This document shows, one piece after another, positions 1 through 10,468 of a stretch of DNA of 64,000 nucleotides (the first letter of the stretch is position 1; each line of letters opens with the position of its first letter). This DNA is from Trichodelitschia bisporula (lineage: Eukaryota). The position numbers were made by a program, and so were the translations under genes. Location of the stretch: positions 9,061 to 73,060 of the forward strand of contig ML996695.1 in assembly GCA_010356995.1 (NCBI GenBank), read 5' to 3'. The notes beneath the pieces are model-generated. The model made no database searches. It was not told where the DNA came from and worked only from the letters and a program-made list of their open reading frames with translations.

Positions 1-1458
1 CGGCGCTCCCAGTCCCGTGGGGAGGCTGTGGCAACAGCGTCAAGACATTCTCGGTCTGTCCAGTAACAGCTGCAGTTGGTACCAGCACCGGGGGGCGCAG
101 CCTGGCCACCTACAGCCTATCTCGAGGGACACACTGTCCCCCAAACCCAGGAGGAGGACCAGTGAGAACTCGCTGGGCGAGAAGCGGAGGGAGGGTAGTA
201 ACATGGCAAGCAAAAATGAGTATAGACGTGGAGCATCATGTCACTCTCAAAACTGAAGTTGATAGTTCTAGTTGACGGCTTGATGTCAAAACTGAGTAGG
301 ATGGGATCGGCTTGCAGGGGTCTGACGGGTCGCGCCTGCGCGTGCGCTTGCGCGAGCCACTTTCATCTGCCCCACCACTCCAGACTGGACACCACCAGCG
401 ATCAGCATTGTTAGACGACGTTGAGTAGATCTAAGCACCTCCGAACCCGCCCGGTGCTTTCCTTCTTTGAGTCTAGCTGTGCATAGCTTGAATGCCTCGG
501 CATTGGGAGGATGGTTCTCGGTCCGCTGGAGTTTAGGACCCAATGCTGGAACCTGCAACTGTTGATGGCGGCCTGAGTGGGCGAAAGCATTGATGGAGGG
601 TAGGTGATGTAGGCAACGCTCAGTCATAGGCAAAGCGCAAGTAAGCTTTTCAAAAGGTTGGGAAAGGACAAAGAAGACAGCAGCGTCGCGGGGCCCTCAG
701 CAGTATGCAAACAGCAGTCCCATATCGCCTTCCACTGTCCTGGTCAATACCTGCCCCTAGGCCTAGTATTGACCGTCACTCCCTGCCCAACTCACAGATG
801 GGTCCCTTCTAGAATACAAACGATCCCTTCCATACTCATGAGTGCCTTGACAGTACTTATTTGGTGCCTTTGTGCCTTACGTCCCGTCTTTACATGAGCC
901 AGTCTACCATGAAATAGTCGCGATTCTAAAGCATATTGGGTTCTCATCCTACCTATCCACTCGTACAAAGGTACTCGAAGATTTCCTCCTGCTCCTTCAG
1001 CCGTTCAGCGCGAAGCTCGTCACTATCGACTGCTTTTGGGGTCAGGCGCGATTGGGCCAGGCACGCTTGCCTCTCTTTCGAGAACATGAGATATTTGATG
1101 ATCGTGTCTAAAGTCACCATGGACCACTTGGAGGTGGAATCAGACATGTCCTTTGCCATTTTCTCGAGGTGTGATTATTCAAGTTGAGGTTAATGGATTG
1201 TGATGAATGACTGTAAACTTTGACTGGGGCGTAGCATTTATATTCCTGTGGTCGCAGGGACAGTTGGTTCAAGGGTCCGAAAGCGGACAGAGTGCACTCC
1301 AGAAGCCACATGCGTTGCGTACGTCAGCATGGTGCGTAGTACTACGGTACCAGGCCGAATATATGTTAGGGGTCCAAAGTCCACCCAGAAAAGTAATGAT
1401 TCCTCTCCCGGCTCACTGGCCATGCCTCACAAAACGCCGCGGGGGCGGTGTCATTACT

Positions 1459-1611
1459 TGTTGAATTTGTGGTGGCAACCTGGGGGGGCTGGAGTGGAGC
1501 CAGGAGACAGGGGTTGTCTCCTGGCGAGGTATATAGTCAGCTCACTTCCCACTGCTAGTCAAGTAAGGAACTCAGTCAAGTTCGCACTTCATTTTAACAG
1601 GTTATGAGCCC
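1459..1611 (+). mobile_element. Ty1/copia-type 5' LTR (141 bp) plus primer-binding site; internal region truncated
   Basis: Segment runs TGTTGAA...TTTAACA (TG..CA inverted termini), has an internal TATATA, and is followed immediately by GGTTATGAGCCC (1600-1611), the typical copia-class PBS. No second LTR or pol seen. Confidence 0.8.
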
Positions 1612-1749
1612 GGGATTGCGCAGCAATGGCTAAGTGTCCACCCAAATTCTATGAAGCTTGACAAGCTTGGATTCTCTGACCATATTGGTTCAAGGCAACT
1701 CAGGTCTAACCGCCTTCCACTGCGCGCCTTGAATTACGCAGAACACTCC

Positions 1750-1898
1750 GAAAATCCAGCTCTGGGCAGCACTCAGCCTGGCGACCCAGCTTGTGCAGCA
1801 CCCAGCCTGAAAACTCGGCTCGGGCAGCACTCGGCTGAAAACTCCCCCAGCTTGGGCAGCAGCGCTCAGCTGGAAAATCAGGCTCGGACAGCGCTCAC
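1750..1898. repeat. Degenerate ~24-29 bp tandem repeat in the retroelement leader
   Basis: About 5 units resembling GAAAAYYCRGCTYGGGCAGCACTCRGC. Confidence 0.7.
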
Positions 1899-2642
1899 TT
1901 GAGGCAGTCTTTGCCCATAAATGAAGACCCGGAAGACATCAATTGTTCATCAGTTTTCTCTCCGCAGGCTTCAGGACCACATCAAAAAAATTAGATGTGA
2001 ATGTTCGCCATCTCTCATCTGTCCGTTCGAGTCATACAGGACTCAAAGTCAGATCCCCACCTCGACTTGCCCCTTGCCTCTCTACTCCAATTCCCTCACC
2101 GGAGGCAGCTCCTCCAAGCCGAACCCTTCTTCTGTTGGAAAGCGGTGGCTGTGTTCAGCCTTACCCAGTTTCAGCCACAGGGCTCGAGTACAAGTAGACT
2201 CGGGATCCCCACCTCTTTGACAATTAAGCAACTTGTTCATGGACAGACCTTCGATCTAACTTGTCATGCTGTGATGTTTCCATTGACCACACATCTCCTT
2301 TTATCAGGAGGGGACGAGCTGCCCGCAAGTGCGAAAGCTTCCCAATAGCTTTCAGCCTCCTAACGAGTTAGCGTAGCTTAAATCTGTCCATCATACACTA
2401 GACAGCCAAAAGCCATATGTCTTGCATGTAAATAAGGTATTCGGGTTGCATTTGGGTGTGTTGGGCGCTAAGTCTACTAAGATAACGGTCAAGTGGCAGT
2501 CGTAATTGCTGCCAGCTGCTTCCCCCAACCACGAACCGAACGCGCCTGCAATGGCAAGTGGAGGAGATGGAAGTGAAATGTGTCTCGCAGCTCAACAACA
2601 AACATCCATATCCCATACCCGCATTTTTCGAGCGACTTCAAC

Positions 2643-5600
2643 ATGGCTTTCACCGTCCCATCCGCGGACGGTCAAGCCACCGCCTCCCGAACACTCCGCA
2701 CCACCGCAAAGCCCTCAAATCTGGGTGCTCCCTCTTCGCGTACACTCTCCGTCGCGCCCTCTTTTGCGTCCCTCGCCGCCCCTCCAGTTAACGTCCGCTC
2801 TCCCTCCGCCGGCAATGAATCCCTGTTTGACGTGCCTGACAACCCCTTCGCCTTCACTCCTGGCAACCTGAGCAAACTGATGGACCCCAAGAGCGTCGCC
2901 GGCCTGCAACAGCTTGGTGGACTTACCGGACTTGAGAAGGGACTAAGAACGGACCGCGAAAAGGGCCTCAGCGTCGGAGAGGCCGGGCTGCCGGGTATGA
3001 TACTGTTTGACGACGCAGTAGCCGGGAAAGCGGACATCCGTGGTGAGCGAGTGGCAGAGGCTGGGCCGTTTGGCGATCGCCGCCGCGTGTTTGGCGCAAA
3101 CCGCGTGCCGGATAAAAAGCCCAAGAGCGTGCTGGACATCGCGTGGGGAATCTACAATGACAAGTTGCTCCTGCTGCTGACTGCAGCGGCGATTGTGTCC
3201 CTCGCGCTCGGCATATACGAAAGCCGGACAAACAAGGGCGACGAGCCGCACGTGGAGTGGGTGGATGGCCTGGCCATCGTGGCGGCCATTCTAACGGTGG
3301 TTGGGGTCGGGACAATGAACGACTGGCAGAAAGAGAAGCAGTTCCAGAAGCTGAGCCGGAAAAAGGAAGATCGCCAGGTGACGGTGTTGCGCTCGGGCCA
3401 GGTGATGCGGATCTCGGTATTTGATGTCCTCGTGGGCGATGTGCTCCGCCTTGAGCCGGGCGACATTGTCCCCGTTGATGGCGTGTACATCTCAGGTCAC
3501 AACTTGCGCTGTGACGAATCGACCATTACCGGCGAGTCAGAACTCATCCGCAAGGCGCCGGGAGATGTCAGGGACACGTCTCGCGATCCGTTCATCCTCT
3601 CAGGAAGCAAAGTCGCCGAAGGCACCGGTACACTTTTGGTCACCGCCGTCGGGGTGAACTCAACATACGGTAAAACCATGGCCGCGCTCAAAGAGGATGT
3701 AGCACCAACTCCGCTGCAGCAGAAGCTGAATTTTCTTGCGGACCGTATCGCCAAATTCGCCACCTGGACGGCGACGCTGCTGTTCGCTGCTCTCATCTTC
3801 AAGCGCCTCCTCGAGATGGTGACGCGCAAAGACAGTAATGTGTTGCCCTTTGCCCAGCGCGTTCAGGGTTACATCCGCATCATGATCGTGTCAGTCACGC
3901 TGGTTGTCGTTGCGGTGCCCGAGGGCCTGCCGTTGGCCGTCACGCTCGCCTTGGCCTTCGCCACCACCCGCATGATGCGCGACAACAACCTAGTGCGCGT
4001 GCTGCGTGCTTGCGAGACGATGGGCGGCGCGACGGTGGTGTGTTCGGACAAGACGGGCACGTTGACGGAGAACAAGATGCGCGTCGTGGCGGGCGCAGTG
4101 GGCGGTGCTGGGTCCAGTGAAGTCGATCTAGCGGCGGCCAACTTTCCATCGCGGCTGCATCCTTCAACGAAAGATCTCCTACGCCAGTCCATCGCCCTCA
4201 ACTCAACCGCTTTCCAGTCCGAGGGCGGCTTCGTTGGCTCGACGACCGAAGCCGCACTTTTATCATTTGCGCAAGATCGTCTCGCCGCTCTGCCGGTGCA
4301 TGACATGCGCGCTGCTGTAAAGGTTGTTGATGTTGTCCCGTTCGACTCCGGCGCCAAGTTTATGGCAACTGCAGTCGCATGGGGCAGCAAGACCCGGATA
4401 CTGCTCAAAGGCGCGCCGGAGCTGCTGCTGCCGCGGTGCGCAAAGCGGTTCCGCAACCCCGCATTGGGACTGGAGGCCGTGCCCTTGACCGATGCGGACC
4501 GCGAGGATATTGATACTCTGATCGAAGCATACGCCAGTTCTGCGCTCCGCACGCTCGCGTTTGTGTACGCCGACGTGGATGCCTGGCCACCGGCCGGAGG
4601 CCTCGCCGCCTTCAACGCGCTAACTTTCATCGGTGTACTTGGCCTTCGGGATGCCATTCGTCCAGGAGTCACAGACGCGGTTGCTGCCTGTCAGTCTGCC
4701 GGCGTGCGGGTGTTGATGGTCACGGGCGACAACATCCACACGGCCGTCGCAATTGCCATGGAATGCGGGATTCACGATCCGAGTACCGGGTTCACCATGG
4801 AAGGAGCCGCATTTCGGGTGCTCACGGCCGAGCAGCTGCGCGAAGTGGTACCGCGGCTACAGGTCCTCGCGCGGTCGAGCCCAGAGGACAAGAAGGTGCT
4901 GGTGCGCGCACTGCAGGAAGCAGGCGAGACTGTCGCAGTCACCGGGGACGGGACAAACGACGCGCCTGCGCTGCGGGGCGCAGATGTCGGGTTCGCAATG
5001 GGCGGTGGAACCGAAGTCGCAAAGGAGGCGTCGGACATCATCTTGCTGGATGACAACTTCGCATCTATTGTCAAGGCGCTTATGTGGGGCCGGACGGTGA
5101 ACGAGGCGGTTCGCAGGTTTCTCCAGGTCAGTTGGTCCGTGTCACCCCCAACCCCGCTGACCAACAGTTCCAAATATGCGTCAACATCACCGCCGTGCTC
5201 ATCACCTTCATCACGGCCCTCACAAACCGCCATGAAGAGTCGGTCCTCACTGCTGTACAGCTTCTCTGGGTCAACCTTATTATGGACACGTTTGCCGCGC
5301 TCGCGCTGGCGACTGATCCGCCGACATCTGAAGTCCTCCAGCGCCCGCCGGACCGGAAGTCGGCTCCGCTCATCACGCTCACCATGTGGAAGATGATTGT
5401 CGGTCAGGCTCTGTACCACCTGTTAGTCACGCTCGGGTTGTACTACGGCGGCTCGACCCTCTTTGGCTACAACGGCCCGAGGGGTGCGGCCCGGCTCAAC
5501 ACGGTGGTCTTCAACACGTTCGTGTGGTTGCAGATCTGCAACGAGTACAACAGCAGGCGCCTAGACAACCGACTCAATATCTTTGCGGGCATGTGGCACA

Positions 5601-6013
5601 ACCACTTTCTGCTTTTGATTTCAGCGGTCATGATCGCAGGCCAAGTGTTGATTGTGACCCTGGGCGGCGTCGCGTTCGGCGTTGTTCGGCTTCGCCTCGA
5701 GGAATGGGTGTTGTGTCTAATGCTAGGGCTAACGACATGGCCGGTAGGCGTGCTCTTGCGCACGATTCCGGATGCCTGGATCGGCCGTATGATCTCAAAG
5801 CGCTGGAGGGCGGGTTTGGTTGACGGATGGAACGGCGGAGATGCCGAAAGCGAGAAGGTGGCGAGGCATGAAGCGGAGAAAACAGAGTTGCGCCATACAA
5901 TGGATGGAACCAGTTCCGTGCGATCCAGCAAACCCCCTACCCTATCTCTCCGCTGGGGACACATGCATTCTCTGTTTGGCACGCAAATTTCGGACGGCGG
6001 GACGAGGGTGTAG
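2643..6013 (+). CDS. PMC1: P-type IIB (PMCA/Pmc1-like) calcium-transporting ATPase, one intron 5127-5167
   Basis: Motifs TGES, PEGLPLA, CSDKTGTLT, KGAPE, MVTGDN, TGDGTNDAPAL, LWVNLIMDTFAALALATD. A 41-nt GT..AG intron joins ORFs 2580..5396 and 5084..6013. Confidence 0.93.
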
Positions 6014-6471
6014 GGGGGAGTGGAGAAGCGGGGTAAAGCGGGATGTTGCATTTTTCAGACCTACATGTGCCACGCGTCCTAATCGGCTCTTACTTTTTCC
6101 ATTCCCCATTCATGCTCCTGGTGCAAGTGTTGCGTGAAGATTGGCCACCCGTATCCGCTAGCCGAGAAGCGGGGGCAAGGCTGAGGATAAGGCTGAAGCT
6201 GAAACGGTTTCGAGGTGGCGCTGCGCCGTTCCCGCGCCGTTTCTGTTGCTGGCGAGAGTGTGCTGTGATACTGGGTGTGCGGTGCGCCGAAACATCATTA
6301 TGCCGGCTGGCTCGGTTACCGCTGACAACCCCAAGGTGATGATCGCAGGCATGTTTAAAGCACACCCCGTCTCGCGCGCTGCGTCGGCATCCAATTCTAG
6401 CAACACATGCAGGCCACGCTTCTTCTCAGTCGCAGATACTTCTGTACTACACCTTTTACTCCACGAGCATC

Positions 6472-7020
6472 ATGAAGTTCGTCATTTTTGCCACCATCCT
6501 CCCTTTCCTCGTTCTCGCAGCGCCTCTCTCTCCCTCAAACGGTCTATTGCTGCACAACCGCGTCCCGGAGCCTTTCAACCACCCACCGATTATCGACCGT
6601 CGTGATGGCACCGCCGCTTCAAGCGACGAAGACGTAGCTTCCATCCTCGAGGCTTTGGCGGACGACTCACCCAATGATGCCCACGCGGCGTCGGCGCTGC
6701 TCACCAAGCGCGCCACAAACGAGTCCAGCGACGAGGGCCTGGCCAGCATCCTAGAAGCGCTCGGCGAGGAGAGTCCCCAAGATGCGGAGGCTGCCTTGAG
6801 CTTCTTGAGCAAGCAATATGACGCTTTCGCTGGGGACGAAGATGTGGCAAGCGTTTTGGAGGCTCTAGGCGAGGAAAGCACCGAGGATGCTCAAGCGGCC
6901 TCGGGCTTGTTCAACAAGCGTGATGAGACTTCTTCCGGGAACGAAGAGGTGGCCAGCATTCTGGAGGCGTTGGAGGAGAACAGTCCCGAAGACGCGGCTG
7001 CGGCAGCTTCGCTCGTCTAA
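6472..7020 (+). CDS. Secreted acidic repeat protein, Kex2-processed repeat protein (KEP)-like precursor
   Basis: Signal peptide MKFVIFATILPFLVLA; four ~35-aa repeats with core (D/N)E(D/G/E)(V/L)AS(I/V)LEAL, separated by RR, KR, KQ, KR. Confidence 0.85.
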   Translation: MKFVIFATILPFLVLAAPLSPSNGLLLHNRVPEPFNHPPIIDRRDGTAASSDEDVASILEALADDSPNDAHAASALLTKRATNESSDEGLASILEALGEESPQDAEAALSFLSKQYDAFAGDEDVASVLEALGEESTEDAQAASGLFNKRDETSSGNEEVASILEALEENSPEDAAAAASLV

Positions 7021-7175
7021 GTGCATCACGGGAACGTGGGGGTGGGATGGAAGACTGAACTGTTCCGTGCGCATCTGCATGTCGTCATATCCATATATCT
7101 ATATCTACTGACGTTTATCCAATTCCATCCAGCCAAACGCCCGCTGAGAACTTGCCGCTTTGCTGATCACAAATC

Positions 7176-8909
7176 CTACAGATCGACGACCATACGTTGC
7201 GCCACTTCCGGCCCCACGCATGCCGCAAGGTTGGCAACGACACCGCGCAAAGAAAGCGGCTTCATCATATCCCGGTCGGGATCATAGAGGTCCTAGCCCG
7301 TCAGCAAATGCTCAATGCGTGGTTCCGCACCAATGGTCGACCCACGTCCAGTCTTACAACCTTGTTGCGGAGTGTAATCTTCACCGCATCAAGCTCAATC
7401 TGCTCGCGGACCTCGGCCGCCGAGAGCGTACCGGGAAACGCGAGTTCGAAGAGGGAGAGCCCCTCGGCCAGAGCGGCGGTGGCGGCGGTGAGATTCGGAA
7501 ATATGAGGCGGCCTTTCGAGTCCCGGTCAAGCTGTAGGTCGCCGTTCTTGTCAGCGTCGGCGTTCACCCCATCTCCACTTCTACCGTCGTTCGGGATTTT
7601 TTCTCCGTTTTCGTCTTGCACTTCATCCATTGCATCTCCTCTGTCATCGCCCTTGTTGCTTCCATCCCGCATATCCTGGCTGCCCCCACCCAGCGTCTCG
7701 ACCAAGGGCCGCCATTGCATCGTCTCCAGGTCTAGCACGTTCTGTGGCCCATACTCCGCCTTGTAGCGCATCTTGGCGCATCCGTGGATGTAGTAGCCCA
7801 TGTAGTAGAAGCCGTAGCCCCCTTCCATCGCAAGGCCCGCCTCCCTCACCGCACTCACCTTTCCCAGGTGCCAGCGCGCTACCTTGTCTGCGTACATGAA
7901 ATAAACACCCGACACGGCGTGCGGCAACAGATCCAGCACCGACATGGCTACCAGCTCGCCATCCAGCCGGTACGTCTGGTGGAACGAGCCGAACCGCCCG
8001 TCGTCGCTCCGCACCAGCGGCGACCTGCATAAGAAGCGCTTGAACCCCTGGCGCGTCACATCGGCGGGCGCATCACCGTGTACATGGGTTTGATAGTCGA
8101 CGTACAGGGCAAACTTCTCCTCGCTAAAATCGTCGGTCTCCAACCGCACCTCCAGTTGGTGCTCTGGTTGCGCCCCCGCGGGCAAACGATCCCGCTCTGC
8201 CGCGTGAATCGCCGTCAACAAGTCAAACTCATTGCGCGAGCGTTGCTTTTCCCTGCGTCGTTAGTCATGCTTTTCCAGGGAGAGGAACAACCCACCCGCG
8301 CGAGCGCCGCAGATTGAGGTCACGCACGCACGCTTCACCAAGGACAAAGCGGTTCCAGCGGTGGAGCGCAGCCTTCTGGTCTCGGCGCGGCGAGAAAGCA
8401 GCGGCCTCTAGACGTATAGTATGATGCGGACAACAGCCCAGTCGGATGTCAGGCTTGTAGAGCAGCGTGCCAGAGCTGCTGGTCAGCAAGATTCGCGAGC
8501 AACGAGTGCATGGATGTGCATGGAGACTGCAAGACGACGGCATGAAAACTGCATGACTACCGCAAGAAAACTGCACGACCACCGCAGGAATACTGCAAGA
8601 AGACCGCGAGAAAGCTGCACGACGGGCGCAAGAAAAGCGCAGGACGGCGCAGCAACGCATCACTGGACAACTCAAGTGGAAGACGATCAGGCACAACGTG
8701 GACCTACCGACGCCAACCGCGGTCTATCAGAGCCTGATAATCCTCGGGCAAAAGACGCGATGTCTGCGCGTAGTACGATGCGGAGGTGCGAGACCGCTTG
8801 CAGTAGCCGCAGGACGCGGACTGGTAGCCTTTGGGGTCAGCACGTGGGGAATCAGAGGGAGATGAGTGGACGGACCATAGGGCGCCAAAAGCGAAGCGTT
8901 GGACGGCAT
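7176..8909 (-). CDS. ATE1: Arginyl-tRNA--protein transferase, 4 introns
   Basis: CGYCK, LIDRGWRRSGTLLYKP, CCPHHTIRL, GSFHQTYRLDG, YYMGYYIHGCAKMRYK. Splice sites reconstructed by eye; last exon ends ...AQRMVVDL*. Confidence 0.92.
8515..8645. repeat. 11-bp-period minisatellite in ATE1 intron 2
   Basis: Minus-strand units such as gtcgtgcagct, ttcttgcagta, gtcgtgcagtt, ttcttgcggta, gtcatgcagtt. Confidence 0.75.
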
Positions 8910-9324
8910 TGAGTGCAGATGAGTGGGGGAAGTAGACCGGAGAGTAACGGGGAAGACTTATGATGGGAAAATAGAGAGAAGAAGCGGAGAAGAAGCGAAG
9001 AACTGCAAGAGAAGCCTCCAAGGCAGGAGGAGAAGGCGACGGTTTGATAGCATCCGCTGCATTCAGGTGACATTGCCCCCTCCCCTTCCCCCACCACAGC
9101 CCTGCACCACATGACAAGTGGCTTGTCTCATTGGATGGGGCTGAAGCTCTAGCTCCACATCACACTTCTCTCCGCCCTGGCCTTTCAACTTCCCCCCTCC
9201 CCCCCCCTTCCGATTCTTTTCCCCCATCCTGAAAAAACTACTTTTTCACAATGTTAGATCAAGACCCCCCGCGGGACTGAGAGTGCTATCCGAGGCCATC
9301 TCAGCCACCTCAGCCTAACTCACC

Positions 9325-9852
9325 ATGGCCGCTCGGAGTATGCAATCGCGCACTGGCCGCAGTAACCAGCGTGTGTGTTTCTTCCCCGGTACAAAGCCTC
9401 GTCATTGACCATATCCGTTGTTAGGCTACGGGCCCCACGGCGAACGTCTCGTCGCCGGCCTCGTTCCCCTTTCGCAAGACAAGTACTACGTCCTCCTCAT
9501 ACAGTCGACGGGTCGGAAGGGTTGGGTGCTGCCAAAGGGCGGGTGGGAGACGGACGAAACGGCACAGGAGGCGGCGTGCCGTGAGGCATGGGAAGAGGCA
9601 GGCATCGTCTGCACCATTGCTTACGACCTGGGCAAAATTGATGAGAAGCGTCGGCCGGAACAGCTCACCCGCGAAGCCCCGAAGGCCGAGTACCGCTTTT
9701 TCGAGGCGACGGTCGACAAACAGGAAGCACAGTGGCCGGAGATGGGCCGCCGGTCCCGTATGTGGATGACGTTTGCGCAGGCCGAAGCAGCCCTTCAGGA
9801 TCGACCGGAGTTGCTGGACGCGCTGCGGAGGAGCACAATTCGGCGGAGTTGA
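9325..9852 (+). CDS. DDP1: Nudix hydrolase, Ddp1/Aps1-like diphosphoinositol polyphosphate phosphohydrolase; intron 9371-9424
   Basis: MQSRTGRSNQR|YGPHGERLVAG N-terminus; Nudix box WVLPKGGWETDETAQEAACREAWEEAG. Confidence 0.88.
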
Positions 9853-10468
9853 GTGTGGAGATGAAAACAGGCAACGGCATTGGCACTCAATGAGCATTCT
9901 GAGCATTGTTGGCAGTGGGCACGGTCATGGGCGGTCCTTTTATCGAGCCTTTTTTTTTTTCCACTGAGACGAGAGCATATGGGCGGGCTTCCACGCGAAG
10001 CAAGGCGGTTTACTGTGCATCTACTTAGACAGCTTGATCATAGCGAAGCAGCGTCTTTGGAATTCGCAGCTCGGTCTACATTGAGGCTGCAGCGTTGTCG
10101 GGGCGGGTTCTAGGGAAGATGGCCCACGACAGCGCGCAAAGCTTACATGACGTTGCTGTGGGCTGGCTATCTGCTCGTCAACTGCTCACTGCTACTGTCA
10201 GAGACTGGTATGAAATGACGAGGGACGAGTATATAGGTGATAAGCGTGTCATGATCTGGCACTACCGGCATCGACTCGGCGCGAGAAAAAAAAAAGGAGG
10301 ACAACAACAACCCCACGATCCGAACCAAGGTCCGCGCCGATCCTGTGGCGGTGGTGGCGCATACTGTCTCAACCACGGCCAAGCATCGTAGTTCCCTCAC
10401 CCGCTTCACCTTACGTCCCCCAACTCTTCTCGCCTCAAAACTGCCGACATGGCCATCTGCAGCGGAGC

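Noticed and set aside
1..1450. Possible decayed minus-strand gene or internal part of a retroelement
   Set aside because: Many stops and no recognisable RT, RNase H or integrase motif in any frame
1750..1898. CRISPR-like repeat array
   Set aside because: Adjacent degenerate tandem units without unique spacers; eukaryotic context, no cas genes
3869..4672. Long antisense ORFs over the ATPase (likewise 14280..15176, 29277..30113, 53610..54638)
   Set aside because: Shadow ORFs of GC-rich coding sequence on the opposite strand
8476..8707. Intronic C/D snoRNA in the long ATE1 intron
   Set aside because: Box C is imperfect (GTGATGC), the CTGA is the branch site, and the length is explained by the minisatellite
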